Below, one piece after another: positions 30,535-40,499 of a stretch of DNA of 64,000 bases. The notes under the pieces were generated by a model. That model had not been told where the DNA came from, ran no database searches, and was given only the letters and a program-made list of their open reading frames with translations. The number at the start of each line of letters is the position of its first letter. Within the stretch, counting starts at the first letter, position 1. The stretch is taken from positions 2,809-66,808 of the forward strand of contig JBJLGN010000025.1 of assembly GCA_045564835.1 (NCBI GenBank). Direction: 5' to 3'. Both the position numbers and the translations under genes were made by a program. The DNA is from Dehalococcoidia bacterium (GTDB taxonomy: Bacteria; Chloroflexota; Dehalococcoidia; Lucifugimonadales; GCA-002694895).

Positions 30535-31477
30535 TAATTTCTGTTCCCAAACCGTTTTCTTTTGCTATTTTATATAATTTATTAGCTAATACTAAATCCC
30601 ATATTGCAAGCCCTTGAGATTCAAAAATTGTTATATCATTTTTTTGCCGTGAATATCTTTCCGGAAATCTGAATATATCTGAAAAATTAATTATATCTCT
30701 CCATTGAATTAAGCCCAATGATTCAGGGTATATTAAATCACCACACTCTTTCTTTGCTTGGTCTAAATCATCAACAAATATAAAGTCTGCTTTAAGAACT
30801 GTTTTCGTATCTAATTCTCTTCTCAAAGAATGATTTGATCCTGCGGCATTAATATGAGTTCCATCGTCAACGATTTCTTCATTTATCACAGGTGATTTGG
30901 AATTCGTAATTATATTGATAATGTCTATGCTATCAACTTTGCTTATATCATCCACTTGAGTTAATTTAGATTTGAATTTAGATTGATACTTTTTGATAAA
31001 ATTCAAACGATTTTCTACAGATCTACTATAAACGAATATTTCATTTAGATTGAATATTTCATCTAATGCTAAAGCTTGGGTAAAAGATTGGAAACCCGAC
31101 CCTACTAACAAAACTTTTTTAGAATTATTATTAGCAAGGAATTTACTTGCCACTCCGGATGCAGCACCTGTGCGGTATTGTCCCAATGTGTTTGCTTCTA
31201 TAATTGAAATCATTTCACCTGTTTCTGCATCCATGATATGAACATAGAATTTCGTACCTCCTGAATTGGGAACATATACTTTAAGCCCTGTAATATTATC
31301 AGTATCAATTCCCGCTGACATATAATTCATGCTTGTAGTGCCAAGCGGTAGTCTTTCTCTTGGTTTATTAACAGCTTCACCTTTTGCCATCATTCGAAAT
31401 GCTTCTTCCACAGAATTAAGCGCTAATTTTATATCAATAATTTTATTTATTTCTGATTCGGTAATATATAAAGCCAT
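30527..31477 (-). CDS. ornithine cyclodeaminase / mu-crystallin family protein
   Basis: 316-aa ORF with TLGQYRTGAASGVASKFLA, VLLVGSGFQS (Rossmann) and INAAGSN. It overlaps the downstream crotonase gene by 8 nt. Confidence 0.75.
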   Translation of the reverse strand: MALYITESEINKIIDIKLALNSVEEAFRMMAKGEAVNKPRERLPLGTTSMNYMSAGIDTDNITGLKVYVPNSGGTKFYVHIMDAETGEMISIIEANTLGQYRTGAASGVASKFLANNNSKKVLLVGSGFQSFTQALALDEIFNLNEIFVYSRSVENRLNFIKKYQSKFKSKLTQVDDISKVDSIDIINIITNSKSPVINEEIVDDGTHINAAGSNHSLRRELDTKTVLKADFIFVDDLDQAKKECGDLIYPESLGLIQWRDIINFSDIFRFPERYSRQKNDITIFESQGLAIWDLVLANKLYKIAKENGLGTEINV

Positions 31478-31479
31478 AT

Positions 31480-32277
31480 TTACTCACTAAATTTATAAAA
31501 ATGATTCAAAGGTCCATGACCTTTTCCTAATTCTACTGAATTTAAAATCGATTCAAAAACATATTTTTGTGCAATTATCACACTATTCTCAAAATTTTCA
31601 CCCTTTGCCAATTCTGCAGTAATTGCAGAAGAAAAAGTGCAGCCCGTTCCATGAGTATTTTTAGTATTAATTCTTTTTTGAGGCAATTCCAAAATTAATC
31701 CTTCGCCCTGTTTGAACAACAAATCTATAGGATCTCCTTGCATATGACCACCTTTCAGCAATAAATAATTTGAACCTAATTCAAGAATTTTTTCACTAGC
31801 AATCAACATATCATTCCTTGATCTGATTTTCATTTCAGATAACACTTCAGCTTCAGGAATATTAGGAGTCAAAACAGTTGATTTGGGTATAAGATTATCT
31901 TTCATTACCTTAACAGCATTATCAGAAATTAATTGATCTCCACTTTTGGCTACCATAACAGGATCTAAAACTATTGGAACATCAATTGTTTTTAATAATT
32001 TACTGACAAGTAAAACAATTTCATCAGAGCCTAACATTCCAATTTTTATTGCATTAGGATAAATATCAGATACAAGGGAATTAAATTGACTAGAAATCAA
32101 TTTATTACTCATCATTTCAAAATCTGAAACTTCAACAGTATTTTGAGCTGTAACAGCGGTTATAACACATGTCCCGTAAACATTTAAAGCCGCAAATGTT
32201 TTTAAATCAGCTTGGATTCCTGCTCCTCCACCAGAGTCCGATCCAGCTATGCTCATTGCAATTCTTGTTTTACTCAT
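31480..32277 (-). CDS. thiD: hydroxymethylpyrimidine/phosphomethylpyrimidine kinase
   Basis: Motifs are SIAGSDSGGGAGIQADLKT and THGTGCTFSSAI. I prefer ATG 32277 (MSKTRIAM); the track ORF starts at 32295. Confidence 0.9.
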   Translation of the reverse strand: MSKTRIAMSIAGSDSGGGAGIQADLKTFAALNVYGTCVITAVTAQNTVEVSDFEMMSNKLISSQFNSLVSDIYPNAIKIGMLGSDEIVLLVSKLLKTIDVPIVLDPVMVAKSGDQLISDNAVKVMKDNLIPKSTVLTPNIPEAEVLSEMKIRSRNDMLIASEKILELGSNYLLLKGGHMQGDPIDLLFKQGEGLILELPQKRINTKNTHGTGCTFSSAITAELAKGENFENSVIIAQKYVFESILNSVELGKGHGPLNHFYKFSE

Positions 32278-32887
32278 GATTTTTATACTTATCAAATAGT
32301 TTTAATGCTTGAAAATAATCTTGTTTATTATTTAAATCAATTCTAATTAATATATCATCAAATAATACTGTATTAACATTATTTTGTGAAATCACAAAAT
32401 CTTTAATTGTTTTTCCTTCATTAATACACTCAGATAATAGATCAATAGAATCTTTATTTATAATTATTGGATGACCACCTTTCAATGTACCATCATTGCT
32501 TTGATATTTTGGAATAGTTATTAAACAGTTAGAGTTTGAATGACTTTCAATAATTTTTTCAACAAAAATTTTAGGACGTGGTTGATCAACTGCAAGTAAT
32601 AATATGTCACTATCCCTTTTTATGCTTTTTATTCCTTTAAGAATAGAAGATGACTTACCTTTTTCAAAATCTTCATTTATAACAAATTCAGCATCCGAGT
32701 TTTTAATTTTGGAAATTACAGATTCGCCTTGAAAACCTAATACAACTAAAGGTTTAATATTGAGCGAATTAAACAAATCAATCTGATATTCAATAAGCGT
32801 TTGTCCAAACCATTGAAGTAGAGGTTTAGACTCTCCCATTCGAGAAGAAAGTCCTGCGGCTAATATTAATCCGCATAAAGAGTTCAT
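32270..32887 (-). CDS. MobA/MocA-like molybdenum cofactor nucleotidyltransferase
   Basis: 205-aa ORF with GLILAAGLSSRMGESKPLL (NTP-transferase motif). It lies directly downstream of xdhC with a 4-nt overlap. Confidence 0.7.
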   Translation of the reverse strand: MNSLCGLILAAGLSSRMGESKPLLQWFGQTLIEYQIDLFNSLNIKPLVVLGFQGESVISKIKNSDAEFVINEDFEKGKSSSILKGIKSIKRDSDILLLAVDQPRPKIFVEKIIESHSNSNCLITIPKYQSNDGTLKGGHPIIINKDSIDLLSECINEGKTIKDFVISQNNVNTVLFDDILIRIDLNNKQDYFQALKLFDKYKNHE

Positions 32888-34023
32888 TTAATTTTACTTT
32901 CAGCTACTAGATTATTTGTTTTATTAGTTATTTTTGTCCAAATATTATCAGGCATAGTCATTGGTAATCCGCTACCACCTTCTCTTATCATTAACATTTC
33001 AGCCACAATACTCACAGCAATTTCGTCAGGAGATCTGCCTCTTAAATCTAAACCTACGGGAGATCTTATAGATTTTACTCGATCTTCAGAAACTCCTTCT
33101 TTAAGCAATTCTTCAAAAACCAAAACAGCTTTTCTCATACTGCCAACCAAACCTATATATTTTGCATCAGTACTAACTGCTGCTTGAGTAGCAACCAGAT
33201 CGTATCTGTGACCTCTAGTTGCAATAATAATATATGTGTTTTCTGTTACAGGAAGACTCTTTAATGCATTTTCAGGCAAATCATTAACTATTCTTTCAGC
33301 ATTTGGGAATCTATTGTTGTTAGCAAATTCTTTTCGATCATCAGTAATCCATACATTAAAGTTCAAATTATAAGCTAGAGGAGCTAAGCTATTAGCAATA
33401 TGACCTCCTCCACATATTAGCAATGTGGCAGGAGTAGAGTATATTTCTACGTACCACTCATTCCCATCACTTAATTTTACACATTTATTTTGTCTATTAA
33501 TAATTGCTTCTTCAATAGTGTTAGGATCTGTAAATAATTGATCATTTTTAATACTCGAAATATCGTCAAACTCGTATATTTTTTTCAATCCAGTATTTAA
33601 TTTGTCATTTGCAGGATTAACTAAAGTTAAAATCGCTTTCCCTTTCTCTTTTCCATTCAATGAATTGCTTAGGGATCTAAGATATTTTATATTAATTTCA
33701 CTTGGTGTTAGTTTGTCTAATAAAAAAAACATAGTACCACCACAAACCAAGCCTTCTTGTTCTGCTAATTCTTGATTCAACGTATAATCTTTATACCTAG
33801 ACTCTTGATCAGTAGTTTCATCAAGCATAGTTTTAGCTTCAAACCATATATCACCTTCTACACAACCTCCACCTAATGTTCCTACTGTTGATCCGTCTTT
33901 TCGCACTAATAATTTAGATCCTATTTTTTGAGGAGTAGATCCTTTGGTATTCACAACAGTAGCAATAATAATTTTATTACCCTGCTCTAATTCATTTATT
34001 GATTTTTCTATAACTTCATTCAT
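32884..34023 (-). CDS. XdhC/CoxI family molybdoenzyme maturation factor
   Basis: An N-terminal XdhC_CoxI-like region (ATVVNTKGSTPQKIGSKLLV, GGCVEG) is followed by a Rossmann-like domain (LLICGGGHIANSLAPLA). I prefer ATG 34023 (MNEVIEK); the track ORF to 34128 adds a hydrophobic non-conserved extension that overlaps the ggt start. Confidence 0.75.
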   Translation of the reverse strand: MNEVIEKSINELEQGNKIIIATVVNTKGSTPQKIGSKLLVRKDGSTVGTLGGGCVEGDIWFEAKTMLDETTDQESRYKDYTLNQELAEQEGLVCGGTMFFLLDKLTPSEINIKYLRSLSNSLNGKEKGKAILTLVNPANDKLNTGLKKIYEFDDISSIKNDQLFTDPNTIEEAIINRQNKCVKLSDGNEWYVEIYSTPATLLICGGGHIANSLAPLAYNLNFNVWITDDRKEFANNNRFPNAERIVNDLPENALKSLPVTENTYIIIATRGHRYDLVATQAAVSTDAKYIGLVGSMRKAVLVFEELLKEGVSEDRVKSIRSPVGLDLRGRSPDEIAVSIVAEMLMIREGGSGLPMTMPDNIWTKITNKTNNLVAESKIK

Positions 34024-34106
34024 TATTAAAAATATATTTTTAATAATTATACCAATAAATTGAATTAAAAATGTATAATGAATCAAATATTTTACCGGAG
34101 AATCAC

Positions 34107-35819
34107 ATGAATGAACATTTAAGAACAAAAGCCACTTATACGAAAACTGAAGCTATTTCAAATAATGGAATGGTTGCCACAAAAGATAAATTGTCAACAG
34201 AAGCTGGCTTAGAAATACTTAAATTAGGCGGAAATGCTGTGGATGCTGGAATTGCTGCGTGTCTCGCTGTTGGTGTGGTGGAACCAGAATCAAGTGGAAT
34301 TGGTGGTGGTGGTTATATGACTTTTCAAGTAGGCGAACAAGGAGGAGTGATTGGGTTTCCAATGAAAGGTCCGTTAAATGGGTCGCCTGAAATGTATGAG
34401 TTAACTGGAGAATCTTCAGTAGGTAGTTTTGGTTGGGCAGGAGTTAAAAATGATGAAAATATCCATGGTTATAAATCAATAGCTGTCCCCGGGTGTATTG
34501 CTGGGTTATTAGAAGCGCATAAACGGTTTGGTAAAATCCCCTTATCTGAAGTAGTTGCGCCAGCCGTTAAATTAGCTAAAGACGGATTTTATCCAGAATG
34601 GTTCACTTTATATAAATTTGCAAGTTTAACGGAAATGTTACTTAGATATGAAGAATTAGGAAAAACATTTATGCCTTCAGGAATTCTTCCATTTGGTGGG
34701 ATTAACGGTCCTTACACATTGAAACAAGATGATCTTGCAAACACACTTGAAGCAATAGGCAAAAATGGATTGGATGGATTTTATAGGAGCGAAATTACTG
34801 AAAATATAGTAAATGACATACAGAATAATGGTGGCATATTGACAATGGAAGACTTTGATCAATACAAACCTTTCTTTTGGGATAAAGGACTAGAATTCAA
34901 ATATAGAGATAAAGTTATCCGAGTACCCAAATATGCATCTGCAGGTATAACTTCTGCGATGACTATGAAAACCTTGAACGGGTTTAATTTATCTAAATTG
35001 GAGCACAATTCATCTGAAATGCTTCATCTATACATTAGTTCAGCAAGAATGGCTTACGCAGACCGATTTAAGTTTGTGGCAGATCCTGAATTCGCAGATG
35101 TGCCTTGGAATGGAATGATATCAGATCAGTATATTCAAAAAAGACAAAAAGAAATTAAAGATATAGCTCCTAGTGAATACAATGCAGGAAATCCTTGGAT
35201 TGAAGAAGGTAGAGATCCAAAGTTTGTACTTGAAAGCAGTCAGCCACGGCCTGATAGCGGAACTACTCATTTAGGTGTGATAGACAAAGATGGAAATGCA
35301 GTATCAATAACAAACACTATTATGTCAGGATTTGGATCTGGAATAATACCTAAAAAAACAGGAGTCGTAATGAATAATGGTATGATGTGGTATGACCCTA
35401 CACCAAATAGAGTAAATTCTATATCCTCAGGAAAATTTCCTCTTAACAATATGACTCCAGCACTTGTATTAGGAAAAGAGGGAGTAGAAATCTCAGTAGG
35501 AGCATCTGGTGGGAGAAGAATAACAAATTGTGTGACTTCATTATTAGTTAAAATGATTGATTATAAAATGAGTCCACAAAAAGCTATAGATCAACCAAGA
35601 GTTGACTGCAGCTCTATTACTACAGATGTGAGCCCAGACTTAGATATTAAGGTTATAAAAGAATTAACTAAAAAAGGCCATAACATGAGAGTACTTGGAG
35701 AAGGGTTCACTCAAACAGGATTTGCAAAATTTGCGAGCCCTGTGGCAATTACAAAACATGGAAATGAATTCCGAGCCGGAGTCGATACTTTTCACGCTGC
35801 ACACGCTGAAGGTATATAA
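34107..35819 (+). CDS. ggt: gamma-glutamyltransferase family protein (no obvious signal peptide)
   Basis: Motifs are GNAVDAGIAACLAVGVVEPESSGIGGGGYM and the autoprocessing threonine region SGTTHLGVIDKDGNAVS. I prefer ATG 34107, which is preceded by GGAGA. Confidence 0.85.
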   Translation: MNEHLRTKATYTKTEAISNNGMVATKDKLSTEAGLEILKLGGNAVDAGIAACLAVGVVEPESSGIGGGGYMTFQVGEQGGVIGFPMKGPLNGSPEMYELTGESSVGSFGWAGVKNDENIHGYKSIAVPGCIAGLLEAHKRFGKIPLSEVVAPAVKLAKDGFYPEWFTLYKFASLTEMLLRYEELGKTFMPSGILPFGGINGPYTLKQDDLANTLEAIGKNGLDGFYRSEITENIVNDIQNNGGILTMEDFDQYKPFFWDKGLEFKYRDKVIRVPKYASAGITSAMTMKTLNGFNLSKLEHNSSEMLHLYISSARMAYADRFKFVADPEFADVPWNGMISDQYIQKRQKEIKDIAPSEYNAGNPWIEEGRDPKFVLESSQPRPDSGTTHLGVIDKDGNAVSITNTIMSGFGSGIIPKKTGVVMNNGMMWYDPTPNRVNSISSGKFPLNNMTPALVLGKEGVEISVGASGGRRITNCVTSLLVKMIDYKMSPQKAIDQPRVDCSSITTDVSPDLDIKVIKELTKKGHNMRVLGEGFTQTGFAKFASPVAITKHGNEFRAGVDTFHAAHAEGI

Positions 35820-35859
35820 AATAATTTAACAATTATTACTAACATTGTATAATAATTAT

Positions 35860-36462
35860 ATGCAAAAAAAATTAGGGAAAATCACTACAAATAAAAATCT
35901 TGAAAATCAGTCAAGTGCGCCTCCAGGGCAATTTGTTACTGAAAAATTTCCTGTTTTTTCTGCTTTTCCTTCCCCAAAAATTAATCTAGATAAATGGACT
36001 TTTGATATTAAAGCAAACAATATATCAATTTTGTCTTATAATTGGGAAGAAATTAAACAAATAAACACATCAGAAATTATGGAAGATTTTCATTGTGTGA
36101 CACAATGGTCTAGGCTGCAGACCAAATGGAAAGGATATTTAGTTTCTGAAATACTTAGCGAACTTACAATTGACTCAAAATTATTATATGTAAGTATAAC
36201 CTGTTACGATGGATATACCACAAACTTGCTTAAATCCGATCTGATGAATGAGAAATCAATACTAGCTACTGAATACGAAGGTAAGAAACTTGAAGAATCA
36301 CACGGATATCCTTTGAGATTAGTTATTCCTCATTTGTATGGATGGAAGAGCGCTAAATGGATCAAAGAAATCAATTTCACTGAAAATCCTGTACCTGGTT
36401 TTTGGGAAGTGCGAGGATACCATATGAATGGTGATCCATGGAAGCAAGAACGCTTTTCTTAA
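35860..36462 (+). CDS. small molybdopterin-binding oxidoreductase (sulfite-oxidase fold, YedY/MsrP-like catalytic domain only)
   Basis: Motifs are FHCVTQWS (Mo-ligand Cys region) and HGYPLRLVIPHLYGWKSAKWIKEI. I prefer ATG 35860; the track uses TTG 35845. Confidence 0.7.
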   Translation: MQKKLGKITTNKNLENQSSAPPGQFVTEKFPVFSAFPSPKINLDKWTFDIKANNISILSYNWEEIKQINTSEIMEDFHCVTQWSRLQTKWKGYLVSEILSELTIDSKLLYVSITCYDGYTTNLLKSDLMNEKSILATEYEGKKLEESHGYPLRLVIPHLYGWKSAKWIKEINFTENPVPGFWEVRGYHMNGDPWKQERFS

Positions 36463-36494
36463 AAGCAAAGTTTATCTAATTTCTATCAACTGTC

Positions 36495-36523
36495 TTGACA
36501 CAGGTCATATCAATCTATAAAAT
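36495..36523 (+). promoter_or_regulatory. sigma70-type promoter of hspR-grpE-dnaK with an overlapping HAIR-like inverted repeat
   Basis: TTGACA (36495..36500), a 17-nt spacer, then TAAAAT (36518..36523). The stretch CTTGACA-CAGGTCA-TATCAAT (36494..36514) keeps the TTGA-N11-TCAA core of the HspR operator consensus CTTGAGT-N7-ACTCAAG. Confidence 0.5.
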
Positions 36524-36550
36524 ACATTCTATAATAATATTAGTGATAAA

Positions 36551-36922
36551 ATGCAGTGGGATTTCTCTGAACCAAATATAGAAGGTGTATACGTAATAAG
36601 CGTAGCGTCAAGAATGCTTTCAATGCACCCTCAAACATTGAGAAAATATGAAAGAGTTGGATTAGTGAGACCAAGCAGGACAGACGGAATGCTTAGATTA
36701 TACTCCCAAGATGATATTGCAAGATTAAAATTAATTAAATATCTTGTAGATGATTTGGGATTAAATTTGGCTGGAGTAAGACTGATATTGAATATCTTTA
36801 ATGATTTATTGGATGTAAAAAAAGGAAACGAAATATTAAAAGGATCTCAATTAAAAATATTTCTTGACGAAAAATTGTATGAAATATTTGAAACTTTAGG
36901 ATTAGAATATGACAGAAATTAA
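36551..36922 (+). CDS. hspR: MerR-family heat-shock repressor, HspR-like
   Basis: 123-aa ORF. VYVISVASRMLSMHPQTLRKYERVGLVRPSRTDGMLRLYSQDDIARLKLIKYL matches the HspR helix-turn-helix pattern. It is the first gene of the grpE-dnaK operon. Confidence 0.7.
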   Translation: MQWDFSEPNIEGVYVISVASRMLSMHPQTLRKYERVGLVRPSRTDGMLRLYSQDDIARLKLIKYLVDDLGLNLAGVRLILNIFNDLLDVKKGNEILKGSQLKIFLDEKLYEIFETLGLEYDRN

Positions 36923-37439
36923 AAAGAATAAAAAAATGAAAAAATCAACTTCGTCTTCTAAAATTAAAAAGTTAGAAAGTCAGTTAATAGAGCAAGAAAA
37001 TGAAATAAATCAATGGAAAACAACAGCTCAAAGATCACAAGCTGACATAATTAATTTAAAAAGACGCACCTTAGAAGAAATGCAAATAAACAAACGTAAA
37101 ACTAAGATAAATTTATTTACTAAATTCTTAAATACACTAGACGAGTTACATATGACTAAAAATTCTCTTCCAACTGACAAAGCCTTTAAAGGATGGCTTG
37201 AAGGAATTGAAATTATTATAAGTAAATTTGAAACTAGTTTGACTCAAGAAGGATTAGTGAAGCTAAATCCTGAAAAAGGTGATGATTTTAATCCACAAAT
37301 TCACGAATCTTTATCAATCGAAGAAACAAAAACAAAAAAATTAGACGGGAAAATATCTTACACCGTCAAAACTGGGTACTCGATAGAAGAAACTATTATT
37401 CGACCTGCTCAAGTAATTTTATTAAAACACTTAACTTAA
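36909..37439 (+). CDS. grpE: nucleotide exchange factor GrpE
   Basis: 176-aa ORF with an N-terminal coiled coil (QADIINLKRRTLEE) and a C-terminal beta domain (VKTGYSIEETIIRPAQVIL). It lies between hspR and dnaK. Confidence 0.8.
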   Translation: MTEIKKNKKMKKSTSSSKIKKLESQLIEQENEINQWKTTAQRSQADIINLKRRTLEEMQINKRKTKINLFTKFLNTLDELHMTKNSLPTDKAFKGWLEGIEIIISKFETSLTQEGLVKLNPEKGDDFNPQIHESLSIEETKTKKLDGKISYTVKTGYSIEETIIRPAQVILLKHLT

Positions 37440-37457
37440 CAATAACTGGAGAATAAA

Positions 37458-39407
37458 ATGCCAAAAATATTAGGAATTGATTTAGGAACCACGAACTCAT
37501 GCATGGCTATAGTAGAAGCATCAGAAGGTGAGGTTTTAGAAAATTCTGAGGGAGGTAGAACTACTCCGTCAGTCATAGCAATAAATCCAAAAAATGACGA
37601 AAGATATGCTGGATTAGTTGCAAAAAGACAAGCTGTAACAAACCCGGAAAACACAATATTTTCCGTAAAACGTTTCATTGGTAAAAAATATAAAGATAGC
37701 TCTCTAAAAGACGATCTTTCAATGATTCCTTACAAAGTTAAAGAAGCAAAAAATGGGGATATTTCAGTTCATATGGCAAGTAAAGATTATTCTCCTCAAG
37801 AAATTTCTTCAATGATTTTAGCTAAACTAAAATCAGATGCCGAAGCAAAGTTAGGAGAAAAAATAACTCAAGCAGTAATTACCGTACCTGCCTATTTTAA
37901 CGACAGTCAAAGAAAAGCAACTAAAGACGCAGGAACAATAGCAGGATTAGATGTTTTAAGAATTATTAACGAACCAACTGCTGCAGCACTTGCTTACGGT
38001 TTAGATAAAAAAACTGATCAAACAATAGCTGTTTATGACTTGGGAGGAGGGACATTTGATATAACAATACTTCATCTTGGAGATGGTGTATTTGAAGTTA
38101 AATCTACAAATGGGGATACTCATCTGGGAGGAGACGATTTTGATCAAAGAATAGTATCTTGGCTGGCTGATGAATTTAAAAAAGAAAACGCTGTTGATTT
38201 AATGAAAGATACTATGGCAATTCAAAGGTTACGAGAAGCTGCAGAAAAAGCAAAAATTGAGCTTTCTACTGTAATGGAAACTGAAATCAACCTTCCATTT
38301 ATTACAGCTGATGCCTCTGGGCCAAAGCATCTTGTTAAAACCATAACAAGATCTCAGCTTGAAAATTTGATTATGGATTTAATTGAACAAACAATAGAAC
38401 CTTGTAAGATGGCCATTAATGATGCAAAGCTTAAAACATCAGATATAAATGAAATTATACTAGTAGGTGGCATGACCAGAATGCCAGCGATACAATCATC
38501 AGTAGAAAAATTCTTTAATAAAGAATCTAATAGAGGTGTAAATCCAGATGAAGTTGTAGCTGTGGGAGCTGCTATTCAAGCAGGGGTCTTACAAGGAGAT
38601 GTGCAAGATGTACTATTACTTGATGTCACACCATTAACTCTTGGAATTGAAACTTTAGGTGGAGTATCAACTCCTCTAATAGAAAGAAATACAACTATTC
38701 CTACACAAAAAACTGAAACTTTTAGTACAGCTCAAGATAATCAACCTAGTGTAGAAATTCATGTACTTCAAGGCGAGCGTTCTATGGCTACGGAAAATAA
38801 GACATTAGGTAAATTTATACTAGATGGAATACCACCTGCACCAAGAGGAGTGCCACAAGTAGAGGTGACTTTTGATATAGATGCAAATGGAATACTTAAT
38901 GTTTCCGCAAAAGATAAAGGAACTGGGAAAGAACAAAAGATTACAATCACAGCTAGTTCAGGACTTAGTGACGATGAAATTGAACAAATGATCAATGATG
39001 CTGAATCTCATGCGGAAGAAGATGAAAAAAAGAAAAAATTAATCGAAGTTAAAAATAACGCTGATTCAATAATTTATCAAGCAGACAAACTTATTGATGA
39101 AAATAAAGAAAAAATTTCTGATGATATTGCTAGTAAAATTAATGAGCAAAAAGTATCTCTAAAAACATCTTTAGAATCTGATGATGTTGAGAAAATAGAA
39201 GCTGAATTAAACTCATTTCAAACAATGTTACAAGAAGTTGGGCAATCAATGTATTCTCAAACCGATCAACAAGACCAAGGTCCTCAAACTGGCGACACAC
39301 CTTCTGAAGACCCGAAAGCACAAACTAAATCAAAAAGAAAAAGTGCTAAGCCTAAAAATGAAAAAAAAGATGACGATGTAGTTGATGGAAAATCTAAGGA
39401 TAAATAA
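37458..39407 (+). CDS. dnaK: molecular chaperone DnaK (Hsp70)
   Basis: 649-aa ORF with [26 protein letters not shown] and [14 protein letters not shown]. Confidence 0.97.
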   Translation: MPKILGIDLGTTNSCMAIVEASEGEVLENSEGGRTTPSVIAINPKNDERYAGLVAKRQAVTNPENTIFSVKRFIGKKYKDSSLKDDLSMIPYKVKEAKNGDISVHMASKDYSPQEISSMILAKLKSDAEAKLGEKITQAVITVPAYFNDSQRKATKDAGTIAGLDVLRIINEPTAAALAYGLDKKTDQTIAVYDLGGGTFDITILHLGDGVFEVKSTNGDTHLGGDDFDQRIVSWLADEFKKENAVDLMKDTMAIQRLREAAEKAKIELSTVMETEINLPFITADASGPKHLVKTITRSQLENLIMDLIEQTIEPCKMAINDAKLKTSDINEIILVGGMTRMPAIQSSVEKFFNKESNRGVNPDEVVAVGAAIQAGVLQGDVQDVLLLDVTPLTLGIETLGGVSTPLIERNTTIPTQKTETFSTAQDNQPSVEIHVLQGERSMATENKTLGKFILDGIPPAPRGVPQVEVTFDIDANGILNVSAKDKGTGKEQKITITASSGLSDDEIEQMINDAESHAEEDEKKKKLIEVKNNADSIIYQADKLIDENKEKISDDIASKINEQKVSLKTSLESDDVEKIEAELNSFQTMLQEVGQSMYSQTDQQDQGPQTGDTPSEDPKAQTKSKRKSAKPKNEKKDDDVVDGKSKDK

Positions 39408-39408
39408 A

Positions 39409-40056
39409 TTAAAATCCTTTAATTTTAATAGATGTTGATTTTTTGTACGCTTTATTTATATTAAGCAATAAAGGAACTTGTGACTCTATTAGTATAGACA
39501 AATCAAGTGTTCCACATCTTATGGGATTTAATCCTTTAATACCATTAATTAAGCTTAAAAATGATGTCTCTGCAAAGGCATCATTAGCAAAGTAAAGTAG
39601 ATCATGGTCTAACTCTTTACTAACATTATTTAGATCAGAGTGACTTATTGTATGAAATGCTGATATGACTTCTGTATTAGGGAGGCTGTTATTAAGATCA
39701 TCAGAAACTGAGTTAATCAAATTACGATCTCTACTAAATTTTCCTTCACTGTATACTATCGGAACAGAGGTATCTACGACTATTTTATTTTTTAACTCAT
39801 GTTTAATAGCAAGTATTTCTTCACTAACCACCTTGTAAGGTAATGCCAGAAAGATAATATCAGTACTATAAGCTGTTTCAGAATAGTTCATTCCTTGGGC
39901 GTCAATATTTGGAAAAATAGATTTGATTTCTTTAACAACTTTTTCAGAATTCTCCTTAGATCTAGAACCAATAACTACCGAATGACCATACATTCCAAAT
40001 CTGATAGCTAAGGCTTTTCCTTCTTTACCGGTGCCACTAATAAATCCTATATTCAT
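39409..40056 (-). CDS. NADPH-dependent F420 reductase-like oxidoreductase (NpdG/Fno family)
   Basis: 215-aa ORF. The N-terminus MNIGFISGTGKEGKALAIRFGMYGHSVVIGSRSKE matches the Fno-type Rossmann pattern. Its stop lies 1 nt from the dnaK stop (convergent genes). Confidence 0.65.
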   Translation of the reverse strand: MNIGFISGTGKEGKALAIRFGMYGHSVVIGSRSKENSEKVVKEIKSIFPNIDAQGMNYSETAYSTDIIFLALPYKVVSEEILAIKHELKNKIVVDTSVPIVYSEGKFSRDRNLINSVSDDLNNSLPNTEVISAFHTISHSDLNNVSKELDHDLLYFANDAFAETSFLSLINGIKGLNPIRCGTLDLSILIESQVPLLLNINKAYKKSTSIKIKGF

Positions 40057-40077
40057 AAAACAATTCCCAAGTTAATT

Positions 40078-40497
40078 TTATACTTTAGACCAAATAGTTT
40101 TATATCCTTTTCCAATAATCGCATCTTTAATCTTAGAATTTTCTATTGCTTGTAATTCTTCAATCGCGTCATCGAGTTTAAAAAAAGCATTTTCATTTAC
40201 TACATGAAATATATTTTCTAGTAATTTGTCCCATACTCCATCTTCTGTTAAAACCTTGAGATATGAATGCCATGGAATAACAATGAAATTTTTAACTTCA
40301 TCTAACCCAGGTCTTAATTTGTTAAGCATTTTAATCCTTTCATCAGGTGATTGAGCTATAGGAAAAACTTTTATTAATACTTCTCCATCCTGCTCTCTTC
40401 TATCTAAAACTAGAGATACATTCAAATTAAAAAAAACAATTGAAACAACGTCAGAATCAGTTATATTATTAATAAAATTATTCAAATCATTATACAT
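40078..40497 (-). CDS. hypothetical protein
   Basis: I prefer ATG 40497 (MYNDLNNFINN...), directly after the etfA stop; the track ORF reaches 40557 inside etfA. I recognise no motif. Confidence 0.5.
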   Translation of the reverse strand: MYNDLNNFINNITDSDVVSIVFFNLNVSLVLDRREQDGEVLIKVFPIAQSPDERIKMLNKLRPGLDEVKNFIVIPWHSYLKVLTEDGVWDKLLENIFHVVNENAFFKLDDAIEELQAIENSKIKDAIIGKGYKTIWSKV

Positions 40498-40499
40498 AT

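Noticed and set aside
37436-37678. 80-aa minus-strand ORF overlapping the dnaK start
   Set aside because: It is antisense to the most conserved part of dnaK (the ATPase N-terminus) and has no independent support.
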